DNA of 49,605 bases. It comes from Candidatus Zixiibacteriota bacterium (lineage in GTDB: Bacteria > Zixibacteria > MSB-5A5 > GN15 > FEB-12). Made by a program: the position numbers and the translations under genes. Below the pieces are notes generated by a model. The model made no database searches. It was not told the DNA's origin and worked only from the letters and a program-made list of their open reading frames with translations. Numbering within the stretch: position 1 is the stretch's first letter; every line of letters starts with the position of its first letter. The stretch is taken from the NCBI GenBank assembly GCA_041742355.1, contig JBGSIV010000062.1:1-49605 (forward strand). Direction: 5' to 3'. Positions 1-7,883 of this stretch are shown piece after piece.

Positions 1-2172
1 CTTTTCGCTGCGGCCGGTGACTGCCGCGACCTCGCCGCGGAACCGCTTGGCATCGAGCATGAACTCGATCGCCGTCATGCCGGTGATCGCTTCGAGCCGA
101 CGGACTCCGGAGGCGATCCCCGTTTCCATGGTAATGAAAAACGGACCGATTTGCGCTATATTTTCGACATGGGTTCCGCCGCAGAGCTCCCGGGAAAACT
201 CGCCGACCGATACGACACGCACTCTGTCGCCGTACTTCTCGCCGAACAGGGCCATCGCCCCGGTCTTGCGGGCTGATTCGATATCCATCAGGTCGGTGGC
301 CACCGGCGTGCCCTCAAGAATCCGCTCGTTGACAATCCGCTCGACTTCGCGAATTTCCTCGGGCGTCATCGGCTGGTGGTGGGAAAAGTCGAACCGCATG
401 CGATCCGGGCCGACATACGAACCCGATTGCCTGATATGGGTGCCGAGCACTTTGCGCAGCGCTGCGTGGGTCAGGTGCGTAACCGTGTGGTTGCGCATAA
501 TCGCCCAGCGCCGATCGCCATCCACGGTCGCAATCACCTCGTCGCCGACATGGAAGTCGGAAAGCGTGCCTTTCACCAGCACGGCTTCGTGCACGGAATA
601 TTCCCGGTAGCTGTGCATGGCATCAACCTGCACGACCGTGTCCGGGCGTTCGATCGTCCCGGTATCGTCGACCTGCCCGCCCGACTCGGTGTAGAACGGT
701 GTTTCATCGAGGATAATGCCGACCCGGTTGGGATCATTCCCCGGCCACGGAAACACGAACTGAATCTGCGCGGCCGCATCGAGCCGCTCGCGCACGAACG
801 TTGTCGGCGGGATCTGCAGATTCGCCTTGTCGAGGATCTCGTTGATCGAGGACACCTGGGCGTCGAACCGCGCCCCGGCTTTGGACTGGTTGCGCTGGCG
901 CTCCATCGCCGATTCGAAACCGGCGCGGTCAAGGGTCAGGCCCTTCTCACCAGCGATGATCTCGGTCAGGTCATACGGAAAACCGTAGGTGTCGTAGAGG
1001 CGGAATACATCCTCACCCGGGACGGCCCTTGAGCCCTCTTTGGCCAGCCGCACCGCAATCTTCTCAAACAGCTCCAGCCCCGTCTCGAGTGTCCGCCCGA
1101 ACGATTCTTCCTCGGCCTTGAGCACGTTTTCGATATGGCGCTGCTTCTCACGGATCTCCGGATACGCATCCCCCATTTCTGCGACCAGAACCGGCACCAG
1201 TCGGTAGATGAACGGCTCGTGCATGCCGAGATTGCGGCCGTGACGTGCCGCCCGGCGCAGAATGCGCCGCAACACGTACCCCTGGCCTTCGTTGGAAATG
1301 CCGGCGCCATCGGCGATAGCAAACGTCAGCGCCCGAAGGTGGTCGGCGATCACATGGTGCGACGCGACATGCTTCCTGTAATCGGACCCGGCAATCTCCG
1401 AGATCGCGCGGATAATGTTCTGAAAGAGGTCGATGCCGTAGTTCGTGTCGACCTGCTGCATGATAGCCGCGATGCGCTCGAGGCCGGCGCCGGTGTCGAC
1501 CGACGGCTTCGGGAGCGGCACGGTTTTCCCGTCGGGAGTCGTCTCGTACTGCATGAAGACGAGGTTCCAGATCTCGACAAAGCGATCCGTCTCGCCGTTG
1601 ACTTTGTCTTCCGGACCGTTGCCGAATTTCTCGCCCCGGTCGAAGTGGATCTCGCTGCACGGTCCGTTGGGCCCGATGTCCCCCATCGACCAGTAGTTGT
1701 CTTTCTTGCCGAAGCGAAGGATCCGCCCGTTCTTCAGTTCGGGAGCGATCTTCCCCCAGAGCTCGAACGCTTCGTCATCGGTTTCGTAGACCGATGCCCA
1801 CAGGCGATTCTTATCGAGTCCCAGGTCTTTGGTCACCCACTCCCAGGCGAACGCGATGGCCTCCTCCTTGAAGTAGTCGCCGAACGAGAAATTGCCGAGC
1901 ATCTCGAAGAATGTATGGTGACGGGCCGTGAACCCGACATTGTCCAGGTCATTATGTTTGCCACCGGCCCGGATACACTTCTGGGAACTGGTCGCCCGTG
2001 AATAGGGGACTTTGCGCTGCCCGGTAAACACGTCCTTAAACTGGTTCATCCCGGCGTTGGTGAACAGAAGGGTAGGATCGTCGAAGGGGATGACCGGGGA
2101 TGAAGGGACGACCCGGTGGTCGTGGCGGGCAAAGTAGTCCAGAAATGACTGGCGTATCGCTGATGTCTTAAT
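1..2172 (-). CDS. alaS: Alanyl-tRNA synthetase, 3' end runs off the window; probable ATT start at 2172 (alternative in-frame ATG at 2229)
   Basis: Manual translation of the minus strand gives IKTSAIRQSFLDYF...DDPTLLFTNAGMNQFKDVF, RHHTFFEMLGNFSFGDYFK, and editing motifs NHTVTHLTH and RELCGGTHV. Absent from the ORF track because there is no stop in the window. Confidence 0.97.
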   Translation of the reverse strand, partial: MKTSAIRQSFLDYFARHDHRVVPSSPVIPFDDPTLLFTNAGMNQFKDVFTGQRKVPYSRATSSQKCIRAGGKHNDLDNVGFTARHHTFFEMLGNFSFGDYFKEEAIAFAWEWVTKDLGLDKNRLWASVYETDDEAFELWGKIAPELKNGRILRFGKKDNYWSMGDIGPNGPCSEIHFDRGEKFGNGPEDKVNGETDRFVEIWNLVFMQYETTPDGKTVPLPKPSVDTGAGLERIAAIMQQVDTNYGIDLFQNIIRAISEIAGSDYRKHVASHHVIADHLRALTFAIADGAGISNEGQGYVLRRILRRAARHGRNLGMHEPFIYRLVPVLVAEMGDAYPEIREKQRHIENVLKAEEESFGRTLETGLELFEKIAVRLAKEGSRAVPGEDVFRLYDTYGFPYDLTEIIAGEKGLTLDRAGFESAMERQRNQSKAGARFDAQVSSINEILDKANLQIPPTTFVRERLDAAAQIQFVFPWPGNDPNRVGIILDETPFYTESGGQVDDTGTIERPDTVVQVDAMHSYREYSVHEAVLVKGTLSDFHVGDEVIATVDGDRRWAIMRNHTVTHLTHAALRKVLGTHIRQSGSYVGPDRMRFDFSHHQPMTPEEIREVERIVNERILEGTPVATDLMDIESARKTGAMALFGEKYGDRVRVVSVGEFSRELCGGTHVENIAQIGPFFITMETGIASGVRRLEAITGMTAIEFMLDAKRFRGEVAAVTGRSEK

Positions 2173-2821
2173 CGTGTCCTCCGTCGGTTGATTCGGTCGC
2201 GAGTGATTCGAACGCGGCCTGAGTGGCATCGAACGTAAAGCCGCGTCGAGCCAGGTAATTATACGACTTGCGCCGGGCCGTTTCAAGGTCAAACTGCCCG
2301 AACTCCCGCCAGCGGGCACGCAGCGCCCGCGTCGCCAGCGCGGTGGCATCCTCCGGCCCCAGAACGACATCGGCGACCTCGGAAGCCAGAAACCGGTCGA
2401 TGTGTTTGCTCTGCAGATGTCCGATCAGGTAGGCCCGGCCGCACGGTTTGCGGGCTACGAGGCTCCGGGCCAGCTGATACGCATACTGCGCGTCGTCGAG
2501 GATCCCGCGCTGCTTGAAGTTGGCAACGACCTCGCGCACGAGGTCGTCGGGGAACTCCTTGCGACGGAGCTTGAGCCGGAGTTCATCCACTGCATGAGGG
2601 CGCAACGCAATCAGCCGCGTGGCTTCGTTCCGGCAGGCATACCGCAGGGCTGCCGTTTCCAGTGCGGCCAGCTGTGATGGTGTTATTACCGTGCCGGCGG
2701 AGAGCCGGTACTGGTGCGCGGTCTCCAAATCGATCACGAGGGGATACTCAAGCGTGGAGATCTCGACGACTACCGCGACCCCCTGAAACCGTACCGCATT
2801 CAGCCTGATTTCTTCGATCAT
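2168..2821 (-). CDS. recX: RecX regulatory protein
   Basis: ELRLKLRRK...GILDDAQYA, GRAYLIGHLQSKHID and YNYLARRGF three-helix repeats; the usual recX-alaS adjacency. Confidence 0.88.
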   Translation of the reverse strand: MIEEIRLNAVRFQGVAVVVEISTLEYPLVIDLETAHQYRLSAGTVITPSQLAALETAALRYACRNEATRLIALRPHAVDELRLKLRRKEFPDDLVREVVANFKQRGILDDAQYAYQLARSLVARKPCGRAYLIGHLQSKHIDRFLASEVADVVLGPEDATALATRALRARWREFGQFDLETARRKSYNYLARRGFTFDATQAAFESLATESTDGGHD

Positions 2822-2899
2822 TGTCTCAAACCCAATTAATCGTATGTCACGCGCATGGAGTATTTATGAATGTTCGGGCAACCCAACTAAAGAAAAAAA

Positions 2900-2928
2900 T
2901 CTATGTTGATGTTATGGGGTGCCGATAA
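2900..2928 (+). promoter_or_regulatory. Candidate sigma28 (FliA/SigD-type) promoter TCTA-N17-GCCGATAA upstream of the DUF4388 operon
   Basis: Exact GCCGATAA -10 box at 2921-2928 in an AT-rich intergenic region, oriented toward 3177. The -35 match is weak. Confidence 0.4.
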
Positions 2929-3092
2929 GTACGTTATTGTCCCAATGGGTTGCTCTTTTTCTTACAAACTGCCATACTTCGCAGTTGACACATACTCACA
3001 AAATCGTTATTGTGGACAGGCAGTGACAGTGGCGTGTAACCTTTTACCAACAAGTAGGTTTCGCCGAGCCAACAATAAAAATAGCTAAGAAC

Positions 3093-3110
3093 TTACTGTT
3101 CATACAGTAA
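3093..3110. promoter_or_regulatory. Perfect inverted repeat TTACTGT-tcat-ACAGTAA, candidate operator
   Basis: 7-bp arms with a 4-nt spacer, about 65 nt upstream of the 3177 start. ACTGTTC also occurs as a direct repeat (3095, 3110). Confidence 0.4.
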
Positions 3111-3176
3111 CTGTTCGGCTGCGGAATCCCGGTCCGTGACCGGTGACTCTGGCAGATAAAACTTCGGGGAGCACGA

Positions 3177-4043
3177 ATGGATCTTGACCTGCAGGGAAAC
3201 ATCGAGCGTTTTACCCTTCCGGAAATTCTGCAGCTCATCGCCGCAGGACGCAAGTCAGGAACGCTCGGCATTCAAAAAGACGACTCCATCGTCATGGTGT
3301 ACTTCCGGGAGGGTATCATTATCTACGGCTACGGGCCGCGCCAGACCTACCATCTCGGCCAACTCCTCAAGGAACGCGGCACCATCACTGCCGAGCAGCT
3401 TGAGGAAGCGGTTCGCATCCAGGCCAAAACCGACAACAGCCGACGCCTCGGTGAGATCCTCGTCAACCGCGGTTTCATCGACCGCGCGGAACTGCAGGAT
3501 GTTATCCGCGACCAGGTGGAGAGCCTCCTGTACTCGCTTCTGATCTGGACCAGCGGTTCGTTCAAATTCTACGAAGACCAGTTCCCGACCGAAGAAGAGA
3601 TTGTCGTCGATCTGTCCGTCGAGAATGTTATCCTCGAGGGGCTCCGGCGCATGGACGAGATGAACATGGTGCGTGAGACGCTGCCGGACCTCGACGCGGT
3701 GTACACCATTTCGGCTGCACAGAAAGGCCGTACGCGCGATGTCGCCTTGCAGGCCGACGAATGGAACATCATGGCGCTGGTCGACGGCCACCGGACCCTG
3801 ACCGAGGTCTGCAAGCTGGCGCCGCTCAGCCGTGAGGACACGCTGAAAAAGCTCGCCCAGCTCAAACTGGCCGGGCTCATTACCAAGACCGACAAGCCCA
3901 AAGAAAAAGCCGTCGAAACGGGCGATCTTGAGAAGATGGTCAACCGCCTCGCCGGATTGCTCGAAGATTACGTGACCGAGAAGTCCGGCGACCGTGTGGC
4001 CAACCGTCGCATATCCCGCACTTTTCTGGAGCAGGTCGATTGA
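3177..4043 (+). CDS. DUF4388 (PATAN-like) protein with an inserted MshEN-like tandem motif and a C-terminal winged-helix-like segment
   Basis: N-terminus LQGNIERFTLPEILQLIAAGRKSGTLGI...VYFREGII and VENVILEGLRRMDE (DUF4388). HLGQLLKERGTITAEQLEEAVRIQ and RLGEILVNRGFIDRAELQDVIRDQ (MshEN repeats). GGGGAG RBS. Confidence 0.85.
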   Translation: MDLDLQGNIERFTLPEILQLIAAGRKSGTLGIQKDDSIVMVYFREGIIIYGYGPRQTYHLGQLLKERGTITAEQLEEAVRIQAKTDNSRRLGEILVNRGFIDRAELQDVIRDQVESLLYSLLIWTSGSFKFYEDQFPTEEEIVVDLSVENVILEGLRRMDEMNMVRETLPDLDAVYTISAAQKGRTRDVALQADEWNIMALVDGHRTLTEVCKLAPLSREDTLKKLAQLKLAGLITKTDKPKEKAVETGDLEKMVNRLAGLLEDYVTEKSGDRVANRRISRTFLEQVD

Positions 4044-4750
4044 GTCAGGAACGCGTTCTCAAATCACTGGAGCAGGTCCTCGAAGCTTTCCTGGACCGGG
4101 TGGTGGCGTACAAACAACCGCGACTGCAGGTGCTTGAGGGTATCAACCGGCTTGATGAGATCGCCCGCACCCCGTCGCAAAGCACCGAAATCACCGACCA
4201 GATCGGGGAGTGGTTCGCCGCGAATAACCGGCTGCTGTCCGATGATAATCTCCGGGCGGGCGATATCACCCGGATCGGGGACATTCTCGGCGAGATCAAG
4301 TTACGGTTGGATCTCGGCACCGATGCCCCGCCGGCAGTACGGAAGATTTCGTCCGAAATTGACCGTTGGCGTACGAACACCGGCAGGACCGAAAAAATCA
4401 CGTTGCATCGCCCTCCGGAGACGGTTCCGGCGCCACAATCCACCCCCGGTCCCACTGCGGCGCAGCCGAGACCGGTGGTCCCCGAAGACAGCGACTCGAT
4501 TGCCCGTTTTGACCGTTTCCTTAAGCACGCCATGGACTTATACACCGACTACGCGGGCAACAAGAAACACCTGCTCTCGGTTCTCGATGACCTGTTGACC
4601 GCAGCCGAATTGCGGCAAAACAAAGATGCCTTGATTTTGTCGGGCTTCCTCATATATTACCTCAAGCTCGGCAACTACAAAGTCGAACCGTTTGTAAGAC
4701 GGTTGAAGAAAGCTGAAGAGATCCTGAAAGGGGGCCGGAGCAATGCTTAG
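4040..4750 (+). CDS. Hypothetical protein, two helical domains joined by a Pro-rich linker
   Basis: 236-aa ORF with TTG start overlapping the upstream stop (TTGA); linker PPETVPAPQSTPGPTAAQPRPVVP; overlaps the next gene. Confidence 0.7.
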   Translation: MSQERVLKSLEQVLEAFLDRVVAYKQPRLQVLEGINRLDEIARTPSQSTEITDQIGEWFAANNRLLSDDNLRAGDITRIGDILGEIKLRLDLGTDAPPAVRKISSEIDRWRTNTGRTEKITLHRPPETVPAPQSTPGPTAAQPRPVVPEDSDSIARFDRFLKHAMDLYTDYAGNKKHLLSVLDDLLTAAELRQNKDALILSGFLIYYLKLGNYKVEPFVRRLKKAEEILKGGRSNA

Positions 4751-4973
4751 GCCCGAAGAGAAAGCCTATTGCCAGGCGCTCCTCGCTCTGAAGCGGAAAG
4801 ACTACGTAGGAGCCATGCGCTACTTTGACCAGGCGGCTCCCGGTTTTGCCGATAGCAAGGAATTCAACCTCTATCGGGAAACCACGCGCCTGTTACTTGT
4901 TGTTAAAGACAAGTTGGCGGAGTTGGCAAATGAGGATAGAATCGACATAGAGGAGGCCACGACCAATGGCTAA
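4743..4973 (+). CDS. Small hypothetical protein with a single TPR-like helix pair
   Basis: YCQALLALKRKDYVGAMRYFDQA; GGAG RBS; overlaps both neighbours by 8 nt. Confidence 0.65.
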   Translation: MLRPEEKAYCQALLALKRKDYVGAMRYFDQAAPGFADSKEFNLYRETTRLLLVVKDKLAELANEDRIDIEEATTNG

Positions 4974-5151
4974 AAGACAGAGCTTCAGTGACAAGGCGAA
5001 CAAGAAATCGCATCAGTCAATCTGCCCGGTGTGCGAGCAGCCGAGACAGTTTGTCAAGCACGTCAAGGCGGTCAAGAGCGGTAACGGTTGGAAATTCCGC
5101 GCCCAGAACGTCGGCGTGTGCAAATGCAACGAAAAGGAAGTCTACGCGTAA
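4966..5151 (+). CDS. Small basic Cys4 protein resembling DUF4295 / ribosomal protein bL38
   Basis: MAKRQSF...CPVC...FVKHVKAVKSGNGWKF...CKC; strong AGGAGG RBS; Lys-rich; followed by a terminator. Family match is by eye. Confidence 0.6.
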   Translation: MAKRQSFSDKANKKSHQSICPVCEQPRQFVKHVKAVKSGNGWKFRAQNVGVCKCNEKEVYA

Positions 5152-5173
5152 GTAGCGAATAGACGACTCTGCA

Positions 5174-5202
5174 GGACCCTCCGCGCAAGCGGGGGGTTTT
5201 CT
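5174..5202 (+). terminator. Intrinsic terminator
   Basis: GGACCCTCCGC-GCAA-GCGGGGGGTTT hairpin running into TTTTCT, after the 4966-5151 gene. Confidence 0.75.
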
Positions 5203-5245
5203 GTATGTGAACCGCCGCTTACTTGCGAAATGCCTGAGGGTCTCA

Positions 5246-5767
5246 ATGCACTGGCTTCGACTCACCTGGTGGATCTCACTGGCTGCCCTGATTGTGCAGG
5301 CCGCCTGGTACTGGCCGCGCCTGCCGGAACGCCTGGCCTCGCACTTCGATGCCTCGGGAACACCCGATGGCTACGCCTCCCGCTCCGAATTCATGCTCGT
5401 CTGGATCTTTGCCATCGTGCTGGTGAACGTTACTCCGCTGATCCTTGGCCCCCTGATCCGCAAGCTCCCGTCCCGGTTTGTCAATACGCCGAATCGCGAT
5501 TACTGGCTGGCTAACCCCGAACGCCGCGAACGCATGATCGCAATCGTGAACGCCATGATCTCCGGTGCGCTTCTCGGCGCAAATATCATTCTGCTGCTTG
5601 CGTTCCAGTACACCATCGACCAGAACATCGGGGACCGCTCGCTCCCCATCAGTATGATCTGGATCGGCGTCGCGGTGGAGATCCTGCTGTCGGTGGGGAG
5701 CGTCGCGTGGGGACTGATCAAGCTTGGCAACCCGCCCGATGACCGCCTGCCTACCGCACTTTCGTGA
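5246..5767 (+). CDS. DUF1648-family (SdpI-like) membrane protein
   Basis: LPERLASHFDASGTPDGY motif and NTPNRDYW; four hydrophobic segments; ATG at 5246 preferred. Confidence 0.8.
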   Translation: MHWLRLTWWISLAALIVQAAWYWPRLPERLASHFDASGTPDGYASRSEFMLVWIFAIVLVNVTPLILGPLIRKLPSRFVNTPNRDYWLANPERRERMIAIVNAMISGALLGANIILLLAFQYTIDQNIGDRSLPISMIWIGVAVEILLSVGSVAWGLIKLGNPPDDRLPTALS

Positions 5768-5831
5768 ATAGCAATGTCTGGATTGATGTACGGTCCCGAT
5801 CTCACAGTCCGGCTAGGAACAGATCGATCCC

Positions 5832-6839
5832 CTACGAGAGTTTCAGATACGGCACCGCGTTCGCGGTCAGATCTCCCGCGCCATCCTTCTGGAACCGATA
5901 GTACCCTGCTGCTGCAATCATCGCCGCGTTGTCCGTACACAGGGACAGCGGCGGGTAGAACAGCCGCTTCCCTTCGGTCTGCAGGCGTTCAGCCAGAAGC
6001 GACCGAAGGCGGCTGTTCGCCGCGACCCCACCGGAGATCGTCACATGATCGTGACCAAACTCCCGGGCCGCCCGCACGGTCTTCTCCGTGAGCACATCGG
6101 CCACCGCTTCCTGGAAAGCTGCGGCAATATCCGCCCTGTGGGCGGACAGATCTTCGGGGGGCAGCTTGCTCAGGTGCATCGCCACCGCCGTCTTCAGCCC
6201 GGAGAATGAGAACTGATAGCTGTCCTTATCCAGCCGCGCGCGGGGGAAACGTGTGTACTTCGGATTTCCCTGCTGTGCGAGCTTGTCCAGTTTTGCCCCG
6301 CCGGGGTAGCCGAGATCCATGACTTTGGCGACCTTGTCGTACGCCTCGCCGGCGGCATCATCGCGCGTGCGGCCGATAATATGGTATTCGCCGAAGCCGT
6401 TTACCTCCACCAGCATCGTATGGCCGCCCGATACAATCAAGGTCAGGTGGCGCGGCGACAACTCCGGGTGGGCGAGGATATTGGCGGCGAGGTGTCCCTC
6501 CATGTGGTTCACCGGGACAAACGGCTTGCCCGTGGCAAAGGCCAGCCCTTTGGCAAACGTAAGGCCCACGAGGAGCGGCCCGACCAACCCCGGTCCCATG
6601 GTCGCCGCGATCAACCCAATCTCTTCCAGCGCCACTCCGGCGTCGCCCAGCGCCTGGCGGTAAATCGGAACGACCGTCTTGAGGTGCTCGCGGCTGGCAA
6701 TCTCAGGGACGACCCCGCCGAACCGTGCGTGATCGGCCTGCGACAGGATCACATTCGACAGCACCTGGCGGCCATCGGCGATGACCGCCGCCGAGGTCTC
6801 GTCGCACGAGGTCTCTATGCCCAATGTCAGCATACTCAT
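5832..6839 (-). CDS. tsaD: tRNA N6-adenosine threonylcarbamoyltransferase TsaD
   Basis: LGIETSCDET, GGVVPEIASREH, NHMEGH, VSGGHT, DDAAGEAYDK, FSFSGLKT and CTDNAAMIA motifs. Confidence 0.98.
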   Translation of the reverse strand: MSMLTLGIETSCDETSAAVIADGRQVLSNVILSQADHARFGGVVPEIASREHLKTVVPIYRQALGDAGVALEEIGLIAATMGPGLVGPLLVGLTFAKGLAFATGKPFVPVNHMEGHLAANILAHPELSPRHLTLIVSGGHTMLVEVNGFGEYHIIGRTRDDAAGEAYDKVAKVMDLGYPGGAKLDKLAQQGNPKYTRFPRARLDKDSYQFSFSGLKTAVAMHLSKLPPEDLSAHRADIAAAFQEAVADVLTEKTVRAAREFGHDHVTISGGVAANSRLRSLLAERLQTEGKRLFYPPLSLCTDNAAMIAAAGYYRFQKDGAGDLTANAVPYLKLS

Positions 6840-6847
6840 TAGAATCG

Positions 6848-7774
6848 CTACTGCGGATTTCGTTCCACGAAACGGACCGTATCGGACGACGATCGCTTCA
6901 CGCGGAAATTGGAGGGGGCGTCGATCTTGATCGGCGCAATGCCGCTGGAGTCGCGCCGACGGTAATCGACCGAGGCCACGAGCGTATTGCGGTTGAGCAG
7001 TTCGATATCCTCGGGCGGGCCGGTCAATTCGATGTTGATCACCTGCGGGTGGATTGACACCAGGCGCCCGGCCGGGACATTATAGACCACCACCGGGATA
7101 TTTTCGAAGATCCTTGTCTTGATGGCCACCACTTCGACATCGACCACCACTGACTCCGGCTGGAGCGTGATGCCGTAGCCGAGGGGATGCACCAGCGGGA
7201 GAAGGAGGGAGAGGTCGTTGCGTACGCCGGTCACTTCGCGGGCGACGGTAGACACCGATCCCAGCCGACGCACCACCGCCTGCGCCCCGCGCACAGTCGC
7301 TTCCCGGGGGAAGGGCTCAAGGATACGGCTGACAGCGAACCCTTCGTCGGTTTTGATCGTCAAATCGACTTTGACGTCGACCTGCTTCTCGGCGATTTCA
7401 TCCACCAGCAGGTTGATGGAGGTCGGGGAAACCACGCCATCGATAGCGATCCGGCTGCCACCGACGGCGAGGCTCGTGTTGGCCGCCGACAGCCCCAGCG
7501 TGTGCCGGCCCACGCCGTATGACAGGGCGTGGATCCGCACGCCGTAGTCCCGCCAGGTCTGCCGCAGCAACTGCTTGCCCTTGGCCGATACGACCACGGT
7601 AATGGAATCGGGGGGGACATTGGCCAGCGTGAGGGAATCGTTCAGGACGATCTCGGCCACCGCCAGCCGGACCTCGTGGTTGTACACCTTCTCGGTAGCC
7701 ACGTGAAACCACAGCAGCAACCCCATGATAAGGGCCACCACTTTGAGCCAGAAGTTGTCGAGCAAAGCCTTCAT
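6848..7774 (-). CDS. YbbR/CdaR-like membrane-anchored protein
   Basis: N-terminal anchor NFWLKVVALIMGLLLWFHV followed by repeated beta-rich YbbR-like domains (PxxVxVxG patterns). Confidence 0.8.
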   Translation of the reverse strand: MKALLDNFWLKVVALIMGLLLWFHVATEKVYNHEVRLAVAEIVLNDSLTLANVPPDSITVVVSAKGKQLLRQTWRDYGVRIHALSYGVGRHTLGLSAANTSLAVGGSRIAIDGVVSPTSINLLVDEIAEKQVDVKVDLTIKTDEGFAVSRILEPFPREATVRGAQAVVRRLGSVSTVAREVTGVRNDLSLLLPLVHPLGYGITLQPESVVVDVEVVAIKTRIFENIPVVVYNVPAGRLVSIHPQVINIELTGPPEDIELLNRNTLVASVDYRRRDSSGIAPIKIDAPSNFRVKRSSSDTVRFVERNPQ

Positions 7775-7883
7775 ATGATCATGGTTCCCGGCCACCGGGG
7801 CACACCGCGACCCGGCAGACCAGTCAATAGTAATACATCCTCTGCCGGCAATCAATCTTAATTAGGAAAGGGATAAGGTACGC

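Noticed and set aside
17..2001. Plus-strand ORFs 17-610, 376-1032 and 1135-2001
   Set aside because: Antisense shadows of alaS with no recognisable motifs.
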